Made by a program: the position numbers and the translations under genes. The notes under the pieces are model-generated. The model ran no database searches. It saw only the letters and a program-made list of their open reading frames with translations, and was not told the origin of the DNA. From positions 124,001-188,000 of the forward strand of contig JAPDFW010000125.1 of NCBI GenBank assembly GCA_028826165.1: DNA of 64,000 nucleotides, written 5' to 3'. This stretch comes from Anaeramoeba ignava BMAN (Eukaryota > Protista > Anaeramoebae). Positions 36,780 to 49,390 of this stretch are shown piece by piece; the stretch's first letter is position 1, and the number at the start of each line of letters is the position of its first letter.

Positions 36780-39700
36780 TTAATTTTTATAATTTTGATT
36801 CAATAATTGACTAATAAATTCCCAAATAACAATCGATGAACCAATATGAGGGCTTAAAGAAGGAAAAAAACCAAAATGAGGAATTTCCAAACAAATATCC
36901 AAAAGCTCAATAATATTTTGAGGAACAATTCCATTCTCATCTCCAATTAGCAAAACGCATTTTTTTGGAAATTCAAAGTCTGATAAAAATTTACTATCAT
37001 TTGATTCAGTAAATCCAATTATAACAAAACCTTCTTCTTTTTTCTGTTTAAAAAAAGTTGGAATCTCTTCAATTTTCACTTGCAAAAATGGTAACCATTT
37101 TTCTGCTCCAACACTTATTTTTTGGAAATGATTTTCTTTGATTATATTGATATTATTTACTGTTAACATTTTTGCGTTGAAAATTTCACAAGTTCGAGTT
37201 AATCCACCCAAATTAGGAATTTTTGAAAGAAGTGAACCACAAACTATAAGATTATTTTTCTTTCGAGACTCGTAATTCTTTTTTCTTTCTTCATTTCCAA
37301 TAGAATTTAAATCAATATTTTTATCATTAGAAATTTGTTCCCATGGAGATATTTTTTGTTGGAAAATATTTTTTGAATTTTCATCTTGAATCACTTCATT
37401 GTTCTTTTTCTTGAAATGATTTTCGTTTTCGTTTTGATTTTGATTTTCTTTTTTATCTTGATTTTGATCATCTTTATGTTTATACAAAATACTTTCTTCT
37501 TCAATTTGTTTTGATACTTCACTTTCTTTTCCAAAAAAAATATCTGAAACTTGTTGAAAAATTTCTAGAGGAATATAAATATACGATTTCTCAAAATCAA
37601 CACTTAAATTCTTCATTCCTTCATCAAATAATTCACAAACAGAATTTTCCAAATAAAATTTTTTGTTTGAACTTTTTGTACTTCTTCCAAAATCATCATC
37701 ATATTTTGTTTTATCAAGTCTTTCTTTAAGTTTTTCTAACCCATAACTTTGGAAATGAATTTCTTTAAACAATTCTTGAATTGAAAATCGAGCAAGATTT
37801 CTAGTTTTGGTGTTTTTGGCAGCTAATGAAACAATTAAAAAAGCAATTAATTTATCCAGAAATTCTTTTGGCTTCTCTTTCTTGATTTTCTGATAAACAT
37901 GAAACACAATGAACACTGAAGATAATCCAAATTCGCGGATTTCGAGATTAATTTGTTGAAAAAAAGGATCCCAAAAATGTTGCTCTGTAATAAAGTCATG
38001 GGAATGAAGTGTAAATAAAGAAACACCCAAAATATCAACCAACTTTCTTATAATGGAAATATTAGATTCTTTGAAAATTCTCCAAAATTGAGAGATGCTA
38101 TCTTTTTTCATATTGGGACTTGTGTATTCAATAACCAAATTTAACAACTGAAGAACACGAATTTTATTGCGATTTTTCAGATCATCCATTTTGACTCTTT
38201 TCTTTTTGCTAATAGGGCCAATTTGATCAAATGCAAGAAATAATCTTGAACATATTGAATTGATGAATATTTGAGATGAAGTATTTGATTTGACTAGTTT
38301 GCATCTTTGCAACAAAAATACAGAAACACAAGCAAATGAATATTCGTTATTTGTTGTTTCTACAAGAAAGCGGATCTTGTCGTTGTAATTGGAATCCATT
38401 TTTTCTTTTCGTGAAGCTAATTTATCCATTGCTTTAAATCCATTTCTTTGCTTCTTTTCTGGAAGCTTTGGAACAAGAATTATCTGGATAATCTCATCGA
38501 TATATTTCAAACTAATTTCATCGTTGTTGACTTGAATAAGCGCATTCAAAAAGCTTGCGGAAACAGAGTTCAATCTGCCGCTTCGTGTTTGTGATTTTGA
38601 TATTGCATCTTTAAAATACTGTTTTATAAAAGATTCCATTTCTGGGATTAAAAAATATTTCGGTTGAAATAAAAAAAGTGGATAAATATTCAGCATTTTC
38701 AGTTCTTCGCTTTTTTTCATTCCAAAATCCAGAATAGATGTCATGACTGAAATTGTTTGCATTTTTTCAGATGGATCATCTTCCAAATGATCAATTTGTT
38801 GGGATAATGCTTTTGAAAATCCTCTCATTAATGAATAAAAGCTTTCTTTTTCTGTGATCGTATCCAATATTTCTGCGAATTCGTTCACAATTCTTTTGGT
38901 TTGTGCATATGAAATTTCTTTTTCGTAACAATCCATCATTTCAATCAAAATTTCACTTTTCAATTTCATAATTTGATTGTAAAAATGTGGTCCGTTTGAT
39001 TCCAATAAATCTCCAAATTTTGTTTCGATTAAAATTTCGAAAATTTCAGAAAAGAAATCCTTTCCTGAAAAATTAAGAAGAGAAGCAAGATTGTCAGAAT
39101 TTTGAAACAAAGAATGAAAAACAAAAACAAATTCAGCTGAAGAAACTGTGTTTTTTTTAGAAGAGTTGATAATTTTTTCAATTAATGTTTGTGAGAATTG
39201 AGAAAATAATTGTTGGTGATTTTCTTGATTGAATGATAGATTTTTTGCTAAATAAATTTTGATTTGGAAAATAAATGAGGAAAGAATTTCGCATTTCATG
39301 ATCGATTCTTGTTGATTATTTGATTCAAAAATTTCGTTGAAATATTCTTTAATAAGCTCAAATATTTTGGATAAATTTTCAAACAAGAAGAAATTTAATG
39401 CTTTATTTGTGTCAAAAGAAGATATAATCAGGCCAAGAAGATGAAAAGCTTTAAGAATATTTGCATTAAAGTTTTGATTTTGTTCATTTTGTTTGGGATT
39501 GAATAATATTTGTTGAATTTGACTGAGAAGGGAATTGATGAAATGAGGATCATGATTATCATCTATAAAATGGATCATTTGAGAAATTTTGTGAATCTTT
39601 GGTTTTTGATCTTGTAATGGATATTCAAAAGAGAAGAATTGGTAAATTTGTTGAGAGATTGTGTAAATTAACCAGGAATACTGGTTATTTTCATTTAAAA

Positions 39701-41530
39701 AATTATCAACAAAACCAGATTTTTGTGTAATTTCCATTTTGTTTTCTTGATTAATTTGAAGAAGGTTTTTTTGAAACCAATTTTGAATAATTTTGCTTCC
39801 TTCTTTTCCTTTTGAAAATTGGTTCGTTACATCATTTAGACGAGAAATGAAAATAGAAAAAGAGTTGAAATCAAGGGTTTCCAGACAAACAAGTTGAAGA
39901 AAGCTTTTCAAATATTTTAAGCATATTGGATCTCGCAAATGTGAAGGAAAATTCGAAAGCAAAGATGTTAATTGAGAGAATTTAATAACATGAATAGGCT
40001 CAAAAATTGACATCTTTTTGATTGAATTGAAAAAATCAAAATAAACATCAAGCATTTTAGGTGATGAAACATGATCAACAATTTGCTCCACAAATTTGAG
40101 GATGAATAAATTCTGCTCGCTTTCTGTTCTTTTTGCAATATTTTTTTCGAAGAACGAAAGAAAGAATTGGAGAATTTGCGGTTTGATTTCCATTTTCTTC
40201 TTTTTGAGAACAATTTTATCACTCAAATTAAAAACTACTTGATTGATGATGAAATCATCCACTTCTTTTGAGTTGAGATCTGTTTGAAATTCTGTGAGAA
40301 AAATATGTATTGTTGAATGCTTGATTCTTGGTGTTTTGAATCCTCTCCCAAAAAGAATCAAGATCAGTTTGATTGTTTCAAAAGAATTCTGGAAGGAATT
40401 ATCTGTGTTGACTTTGTACTCGTTGTATCGGTGGTTGAATAAAAGACTGATTCGATTCCAATGCTCCTCCAACAAATAAGGTGATGATGTTTCAATATTT
40501 TCGAAAAGATAGAAATAGATTTTCCATTGTTCTTGAGTCCATGATTTGTAATTTTGGATTTTTGAATTTGAAAATTTGGAAAAAACAAGTTTTTGAAGGA
40601 TTTTAAATGATTGTTTTCGTAGGAAATTATCTGAATTGTTTAAATTGATATCTTGGTTTAGTTTGAAGAATTGTGTTTCTCTCTCTGGGAATTGATCCAC
40701 AAAATAAATATCAAAAGCAATTAATAGTAAATTGATTGAAATTTCCTGAAAAGGAGTGTTTTCTTCCATTTGAAGCAAATTGTCGATTTTTTGAGTAATT
40801 ATTTCATTGAAATTTGGATCATGGATAAAATGGGAAATGATTAAATAAAGAACAATTTTTTGTGCTTTTATATCAATAAAATCAACGAAATTAAAAGCTG
40901 CTTTGAAAATGGATGTTTTCAATTGAGAAAATGTGATTTTTAAGTTGTTATTTATATTTTGATTTTTTTGTTCTTGTTTTTCAATTAAATCCCAAATTGT
41001 ATTTATAAGATGACTTGCTCCTTTAATTTGCAATAATATTGCTTCTTGGTTATCATTTGAATTCTCTTTTATATTGTTTAAAATTTGGATTGACGATTTT
41101 AAAATGATTTCTAATGATTTTTCATTTTGAATTGCAATTTTTGCTCCAATTTCTATTATAATTTGTTCTTCTTCTTCAAAAAATTGATTTAAAACAAGAG
41201 AATTTGGTTGAAATTTTGGAAGAAAAAGATTTTCTAAATAAATTTGAGGTAAATTAAGAGTTTGTTCAGGAATAATCAATAAATAATGATTTAAAATGGT
41301 ATAAAGAGTTTTTAAATGGAATAAAGGGTTTGTTTTGTTTTGAGAATATTCAGTAAAATAATCCTTTAAAATTTGTTCAATTTGATTTTTATTTTTTAAA
41401 ATCTAAAACAAAAAAGTTTTTTTTTTTTTTTGAAATTTTTTTAAATTATTTTATATTGATTTTCTTGTTTTATTTTTACAGATAAAAAAGGAAAAGTTAA
41501 TTGATTAATTTCTTTTTTAGAGAATTGCAT
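36780..41530 (-). CDS. TRM3: tRNA Gm18 2'-O-methyltransferase Trm3/TARBP1-like; intron 41403..41479
   Basis: About 1500 aa helical N-terminus, FQQKISPW, and a C-terminal SPOUT domain (LIVCGSLLSKIPNLGGLTRTCEIF; ISVGAEKWLP; FPKKCVLLIGDE). ATG at 41530 joins in frame. Confidence 0.88.
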
Positions 41531-41621
41531 TTTATTTAGAAAAGGAAAAATGAAAAAAATTTTTTTCATTTTTTTCATTTTTTTTCATTTTTTCTTTAAA
41601 TTAAAAATTTAATTTAATTTA
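41531..41621. promoter_or_regulatory. Example minimal bidirectional promoter (Trm3/Vps36) with opposed T-rich TCATTT initiator-like motifs
   Basis: AAAAATGAAAAAAA followed by three TTTTTCATTTTT copies within 91 bp; the same motif precedes nearly every ATG in the window. Confidence 0.6.
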
Positions 41622-44149
41622 ATGCAATTTTTTACACAACTTTCAATAGAAAAAGGTAAAACAAGTTTTGAATTAGAAAAAGAAGAATATCAAATTTTAA
41701 CACAAAAAGATGTATCAATTCACAATGGAAAAGAAAAGAAGCCAAAATTAAAAGGAGTGATTTATTTAACATCAAAAAGATTAGCAATTATAGATTATTC
41801 AAAAAGAAAAGGATTTTCAACATTTTTATCAATAGTTAAAAAAACAAATCTTGAAAAAAGTACTTTTTCTCATTCAAAAGTTATTATTAATTTTGGTGAA
41901 GATAAATTTGTTACTTTCAGTTTTAAATCAAATGCTACTAAATTTGCTGAAAAATTAGTTGAAACTTTAAGTAATAAAACTTGGGTTCCAAAAATAGTTA
42001 AAGAGGAGAAAGAAGTTACTTCAAAAGATGTAACTCCAAAATTTGGAATTGGTAATTAAAATTTATTTAGAAATTAAAATGGAAATTTATTTAAAAATTT
42101 ATTTAGAAATCTATTTAAAAATTTATTTATAAATTTATTTATAAATTTATTTAGAAATTTATTTAGAAATTTATTTAGAAATTTATTTAAATATTTATTT
42201 AAAAATTTATTTAAAAATTTATTTAAAAATTTATTTAAAAATTTATTTGAATATTTATTTAGAAATTTATTTAAAAATTTATTTAGAAATTTATTTAGAA
42301 ATTTATTTAAAAATTTATTTAAAAATTTATTTAAATATTTATTTAGAAATTTATTTAGAAATTTATTTAGAAATTTATTTAGAAATCTATTTAAAAATTT
42401 ATTTAAATATTTATTTAGAAATTTATTTAAAAATTTATTTAAAAATTTATTTATAAATTTATTTAGAAATTTATTTAAAAATTTATTTAAAAATTTATTT
42501 AGAAATTTATTTAGAAATTTATTTAGAAATTTATTTAAATATTTATTTAGAAATTTATTTAGAAATTTATTTTAAATATTTATTTAAAAATTTATTTAAA
42601 AATTTATTTAAAAATTTATTTGGAAATTTATTTAAATATTTATTTGGAAATTGATTTAAAAATTTATTTGGAAATTGATTTAAAAATTTAAATGGAAATT
42701 TATTTGGAAATTTATTTAAAAATTTATTAAGAAATTTATTTAAAAATTTATTTAGAAATTTAAAATGGAAATTTATTTAGAAATTTATTTAGAAATTTAT
42801 TTAAATATTTATTTAAAAATTTATTTGGAAATTTATTTAGAAATTTATTTAGAAATTTATTTAGAAATTTATTTAGAAATTAAAATGGAAATTTATTTAG
42901 AAATTTATTTAAATATTTATTTGGAAATTTATTTAAAAATTTATTTAAAAATTTATTTAGAAATCTATTTAAAAATTTATTTATAAATTTATTTAGAAAT
43001 TTATTTAGAAATTTATTTAGAAATTACAAAATGGAAATTTATTTAGAAATTTATTTAGAAATTTATTTTGGAAATTTATTTAGAAATTTATTTAGAAATT
43101 TATTTAGAAATTTATTTAAAAATTTATTTAGAAATTTATTTAAAAATTTATTTAGAAATTTATTTAAAAATTTATTTAGAAATTTATTTAGAAATTTATT
43201 TAAAAATTTATTTAGAAATTTATTTAGAAATTTATTTAGAAATTTATTTAGAAATTTATTTAGAAATTTATTTAGAAATTTATTTAAAAATTTATTTAAA
43301 AATTTATTTGAATATTTAAAATTAGAATTCCTTTTACAAAGAGAAAATCAAGAAAGAGATTCAGAAAAAAAATTATTAACACAAGCATTTACAGACTTAG
43401 ATGCATTAATGAAAAATGCACAAAAAATGGTAAATATAGCTGAAAAATTTGCATATGCATTACATAAAGGGGAAACAGATGGAGGAAAACAAGAAACAGA
43501 TGAATTCAACTCAATTCTAATTGAAATTGGAATGGTTGATCCAGTCACAAAAGAAACATCAGGAGATATTTATTACGATGAATTATCAAGACAAGTCGCT
43601 TCTTTTCTTGAAAAAGTACTCCCAAAAACTGGAGGAATGATTTCACTTGCTGATGCTTATTGTCTATTCAATAGAGCTCGAGGAACTGAATTAATTTCCC
43701 CAGATGATTTACTTAAAGCTTGTCAATTATTCCAAAAACTCGGCGCTTCAATGGATTTGAGAAAGTTTGATAGTGGTGTTATTGTGATTCAAAGTAAATC
43801 TAATAATGATGAAGCAAATTGTAAAACAATTATCCACTTGATCCAAAAAAATGGTCCAATTTCTCCTTTTGAACTGGCAAAAAAACTTAAAATTTCCATT
43901 AATTTGGCAAAAGAACAATTGCTTAATGCTGAATCAAATCTTTTTCTTTGTCGTGATGAAACTATTGAAGGTCTTTATTTTTATGAGAATTTCTTTCTTA
44001 ATGAAAATGTTGATAATTTAGATCAGAAAAATTTATCAATAAATGAAAACATTCCAAAAGAGAAAAAAGAAACTTCAAAAAAAGAAACTTCAAAAAAAGA
44101 AACTTTTGTTACTATTAATGGAGAAGATGATGAATGGCAATTTGTTTAA
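41622..44149 (+). CDS. VPS36: ESCRT-II subunit Vps36; intron 42052..43325
   Basis: GLUE domain exon (GVIYLTSKRL) and C-terminal AFTDLDALMKNAQKMV, DPVTKE, GGMISLADAYCLFNRARGTELISPDD, LCRDETIEGLYFYEN. Confidence 0.93.
42052..43325. repeat. Intronic 12-mer satellite (ATTTATTTAGAA/ATTTATTTAAAA)n
   Basis: Direct inspection. Confidence 0.9.
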
Positions 44150-44342
44150 TTTTCTTTAAAATTCTTTTCTTTTCTTTTCTTTTTTGAAAAACAAAATATT
44201 TTTTTTTGACCTCTTTTATTAAAAGAAAATTAAAAAATCATTTTCATTTAATTTAATTTGATTTAATTTGATTTAATTTGAATTAATTTGATTTAATTTG
44301 ATTTCATTTGATTTGATTTGATTTGATTTTGGAAAAATATTT

Positions 44343-46280
44343 TTAATCTTTTTTCTCAGTTAAATTTTGGAAACTTTCAACTGCTTTAGCAATTCTATTT
44401 CCAGCCAAAGTAAGAACTTCTTCATCAACAGCAAAACAAATACGATAAAAACCAGGAACAACATGTTCAAAACCTTGCATTGCAGGAAGAATCTGGACAT
44501 TAGTTTCCTTCAAAATATGGTTATACAAATCAAGTTCAGCTTGTTTTGATTGGTCTTTTAGAAATTCTCTTAAATCAACCATTAAAAAAAAGGCTCCATC
44601 ACAAGGTAAATGTTTGATTTTGTGATCATCAAATATTTTGGTAAGTAATTGATAATTGTGATAAAGTCTTTCTTTGTTTGTTTTTATGAAATTGTCTCTC
44701 CATTCAATATCAGATAGAAAATCTGTTAAAATCCATTGAGTATCTCCTGAAACTGAAGAATAAAAACTTAATTCTTTTGAAATTTTCAAAACATTTTTAT
44801 TTCTTGTAAAAATCACTCCTATTCTCCATCCAGACATTGCAAAATCCTTAGACATTCCATATGCTTGATGAACTAATTCTGGTTTTTCGCATTTGATTGA
44901 CATTCCACTTGTGAATTTTGATGTTGGTTTGTAAACAGAACATGCATAAATTTCATCGAAAATTATGTGAAGATTGTATTTTTGACTCCAATTAATATAT
45001 TCAGTTAATGTTTCTTCTGTTAATGCATTTCCTTGTGGATTGTCTGGTGTTGTGATAAGGACTGCTTTGATTCCTTCTTTGATTGGATCAAATTCTACTT
45101 CTCCTTTAACAATTTGTAAGAAATTTGGGCATGGATGAATTTTAACTTTGGATCTGAATAAATCGAAAGTGAATCCACCATAATACTATTTTTCGAATAT
45201 TTTTATTTATTTCGAAATTGATTTAATTTTGATTTAATTTTGATTTAATTTTGATTTAATTTTAATTTAATTTTAATTTAATTTTGATTTAATTTTAATT
45301 TAATTTTGATTTAATTTTGATTTAATTTTGATTTAATTTTAGATTTAATTTTAATTTAATTTTGATTTAATTTTGATTTAATTTTGATTTAATTTTAATT
45401 TAATTTTAATTTAATTTTAATTTAATTTTAATTTAATTTTAATTTAATTTTGATTTAATTTTGATTTAATTTTAATTTAATTTTGATTTAATTTTGATTT
45501 AATTTTGATTTAATTTTGATTTAATTTAGATTTAATTTTAATTTAATTTTAATTTAATTTTGATTTAATTTTGATTAAATTTTAATTTAATTTTGATTTA
45601 AATTTGATTTAATTTTAATTTAATTTTGATTTAATTTTGATTTAATTTTGATTTAATTTTGATTTAATTTGATTTAATTTTGATTTAATTTTGATTTAAT
45701 TTTGATTTAATTTTAGATTTAATTTTAATTTAATTTTGATTTAATTTTAATTTAATATTGATTAAATTTTGATTAAATTTTGATTTAATTTTGATTTAAT
45801 TTTGATTTATTTTTGATTTAATTTTGATTTATTTTTGATTTATTTTAAAAAATTGATGATTTAATTTTGATGATATAAGTATACAGGAACAGGAATTAAA
45901 ACAGAATCACCTTCATCACAAACTGCATTAAACAAGATATCAAGAGCACCACCACCACAACCAGCAGCAAAAACAAGTTGTTCAGGTTTTACATCTTTAA
46001 TGAATAAATGGTCATGATATAATTGAGCAGTAGCTTTTAATAAATCAGGATGACCAAAAGCTTGTCCATATTTAAGTGAATATTTTGGAAGTTTTTCTCG
46101 ATTTTTCAGTTTTTTTTCCATTAAATCAAATACAATATGATTTTCTGCTGTTCCAAGATTGATGTATCCATTTGGATTTGTTTCTTTATCATATGGATTT
46201 TCAAAACACATTCTTGCGCCAATTTGAAGTGGATGAGCTTTTTTGTTTAAATATCTTTCAGATCGTTTTGATGTTGTCAT
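44343..46280 (-). CDS. ACC-synthase-like PLP-dependent class I aminotransferase-fold enzyme; intron 45186..45884 filled with (TTTTGATTTAA)n
   Basis: NPYDKETNPNGYINLGTAEN, PVP|YYGGF, PDNPQG, DEIY, SKDFAMSGWRIG, GFYRICFA. Confidence 0.85.
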
Positions 46281-46446
46281 TTTGTTTAATTTTATTTTGA
46301 AAGAAAAAAAATGAAAAAAAAAAATTTTTTTTTTTGAAAATCATTTTTCATTTTTTTTTTTAAAATTTTTAAATAAAAAATCAATTGAATAAAATAGCAA
46401 AAAAAACAATAAAACAAAAAATAATAAAAATAAAACAAAAAAAAAA

Positions 46447-49201
46447 ATGAAAATTATTGATAGAATAAAAAAACAAGAAGAAAAAAACAAAAAGCAAAAG
46501 AAATTTGAAGCATTTTTTTCATTTGAATTTTTTCCACCAAAAACAACAACAAGAATTGAATCATTATATGAAAAAATAGAAAGATTAATAGAATTATATC
46601 CACTTTATATTGATGTAACTTGGGGAGCAGGAGGTTCAACAAGTGAAAAAACTTTAGAAATTGCAACAAAAACTCAAAAATTTCTTGGAATTGAAACAAT
46701 GTTACATTTAACTTGTTCAAATATGACAAAAGAAAAAGTTGACAAAGCACTTTCTCAAGCAAAACAAAATGGAATTCAGAATATTTTAGCTTTAAGAGGA
46801 GGTTTTTTTTTTTTTTTAATCAGAAAAAAAAATTTTTTTTTTCCATTCATTCAAATTTTTCCATTCATTTTTTTGCATTTAATTATATTTAATTTAATTA
46901 TAATTTCAATTTAATTATAATTTTAATTTTAATTTAATTTTAATTTTAATTATAATTTTAATTTTAATTTAATTTTAATTTTAATTATAATTTTAATTAT
47001 AATTTTAATTAATTTAATTTTAATTAATTTTAATTTTAATTTTAATTTTAATTTTAATTTTAATTTTAATTTTAATTTTAATTTTATTTTAATTTAATTT
47101 TAATTATAATTTTAATTTTAATTTTAATTTTAATTTAATTTAATTATAATTTAATTTTAATTTTAATTTAATTTAATTATAATTTTAATTTTAATATAAT
47201 TTTAATATAATTTTAATTTTAATTTTAATTTTAATTTTAATTTAAATTTTAATTTTAATTTTAATTTAATTTTAAATTTAATTTTTAGATCCTCCGCAAG
47301 GTGATAAGGAATTTAAAGCTATAGATTCAAGTTTTCAACATGCAATTGATTTAGTTAAATACATCAAATCTTCTTATGGTGATTATTTTGGTATTGCTGT
47401 TGCTGGTTATCCTGAAGGTCATTCAGAAGCAAAAAGGTATTATTTTTCAATTTAATTTGAATTTCAAATATAAATATAAATATAAATATAAATATCAATA
47501 TAAATATAAATAGTTATGAAGAAGATTTACAACATTTAAAAGAAAAAGTTGATGCAGGTGGAGATTTTATTATTACTCAAATGTTTTTTGATACCAATAT
47601 TTTTTTAAAATTTGTTCAAGATTGCAGAAATATTGGTAAATTAAATCAATATTAAATCAAATATTAAATAAATATTTAAATTTAAATAAATATTAAATAA
47701 ATATTTAAATAAATATTAAATAAATATTAAATAAATATTTAAATTTAAATAAATATTAAATAAATATTAAATAAATATTTAAATAAATATTAAATAAATA
47801 TTAAATAAATATTAAATAAATATTAAATAAATATTAAATAAATATTAAATAAATATTAAATAAATATTAAATAAATATTTAAATTTAAATTTAAATTTAA
47901 AAGGTATAACTTGTCCAATAATACCAGGAATTATGATAGTTGCTGATTATGCTGGATTTAAAAAAATGGCAGATTTTACTAAAATGAGTGTCCAAAAGGA
48001 AATTACGGATAAACTTGAAAAAATAAAAGATGATAAAGTTGCAGTAACAAATTTTGGAGTTGAAGTTGCAATTGATATGTGTAAAAAATTAATTAATTCA
48101 GAAGTTCCAGGACTTCACTTTTATACATTGAATAGAGATAATGTTACAAAAATTCTTGAAGGATTAGAACTTATTCAAAATTGTAGAAGTAGAAGAGAAT
48201 ATCCTTGGAGAAAAGTATAAGAAAAATTAATATTAAAATTTTTTGAATTAAAATTAAAATTTAAAATTTAAAATTTAAAATTTAAAATTAAGTCTGCTCA
48301 TCCAAAACGTAAAGATGAAAATGTTAGACCAATTTTCTGGAAAAATAATAGTCAAGGATACATACATTTAACAGATGATTGGGAATACTTTCCAAAGCAT
48401 TTTTGGAATACAAAAGTACAAAAACAACAATACAAAGAAATTACAGAAGATTATCTGAAAAAATTTTATAGAATAGAAAAGTATGAAAAAGATTTACCAG
48501 AAAGCATTAATTCAACAGAAGATGTCTCAAAATTCTTTGTTGATTATTATGAAGGAAAAAAAGATTTCTTGCCATGGACTTTAAAACCACTGGGAATTGG
48601 GAATTTAATCATTAAAGAAAAATTATTACTTCTATCAAAATTGGGATTATTTGTGATTAATAGTCAACCAAGAATAAATGAAGCATTATCAACAGATGAT
48701 GCAGTTGGATTTGGAGGATTTGGAGGATTTATTTATCAAAAAAGATATATTGAGTTTTTCATTTCGTTGGAAAAAATGAATATATTATTCAAATATATGG
48801 ATCAATTTCCAAACATTACTTATCATGCAGTCAATCATGATGGAACAAAGATTTTCACAAACAATCCTGAAAATCAAACTACTACTGTTTGTTGGGGTGC
48901 TTTTGGTTGTGGTGAAATTAAACAACCTCTTATTGTTGATCCTATTTGTTTTCAAACTGTTTGGAAAAATGAAAGTTTTGGAATTTGGACTAATGTTTTT
49001 GGTCAACATTATCAAAAAGATTCAACTTCTTTTAAGATTCTTCAAGATATTCATGATAATTATTTCTTGATGAATATTATTGACCATGATTTTGTTACTC
49101 CATCTCAAGTAGGAAGAAGTGTTTGGAGATTATTTCTTCTTTTGGAAAAAGAGCTTTCAAATGAAAATGAAAATGAAAATGAAAATGAAAAACAAATTTA
49201 A
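46447..49201 (+). CDS. MTHFR: Methylenetetrahydrofolate reductase, eukaryotic type with regulatory domain; introns 46802..47288, 47437..47513, 47636..47903, 48215..48292
   Basis: [26 protein letters not shown]|[41 protein letters not shown]. Confidence 0.95.
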
Positions 49202-49390
49202 ATTCAATTCAAAATTAAATTCAATTCAAATTTAAATTTAAATTCAATTCAAAATTAAATTCAAATTCAAATTTAAATTCAAAAAAATAAAATCCAAAAA
49301 AATAAAATCCAAAAAAAATTATTTTAATTTTAATTTTAATTTTAATTTTAATTTTAATTTTAATTTTAATTTTAATTTTAATTTTAATTT

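Noticed and set aside
36780-41279. Intein or mobile insertion explaining the 1500-aa ORF
   Set aside because: The length is normal for Trm3/TARBP1; no Hint or LAGLIDADG motifs were recognised here or elsewhere in the window.
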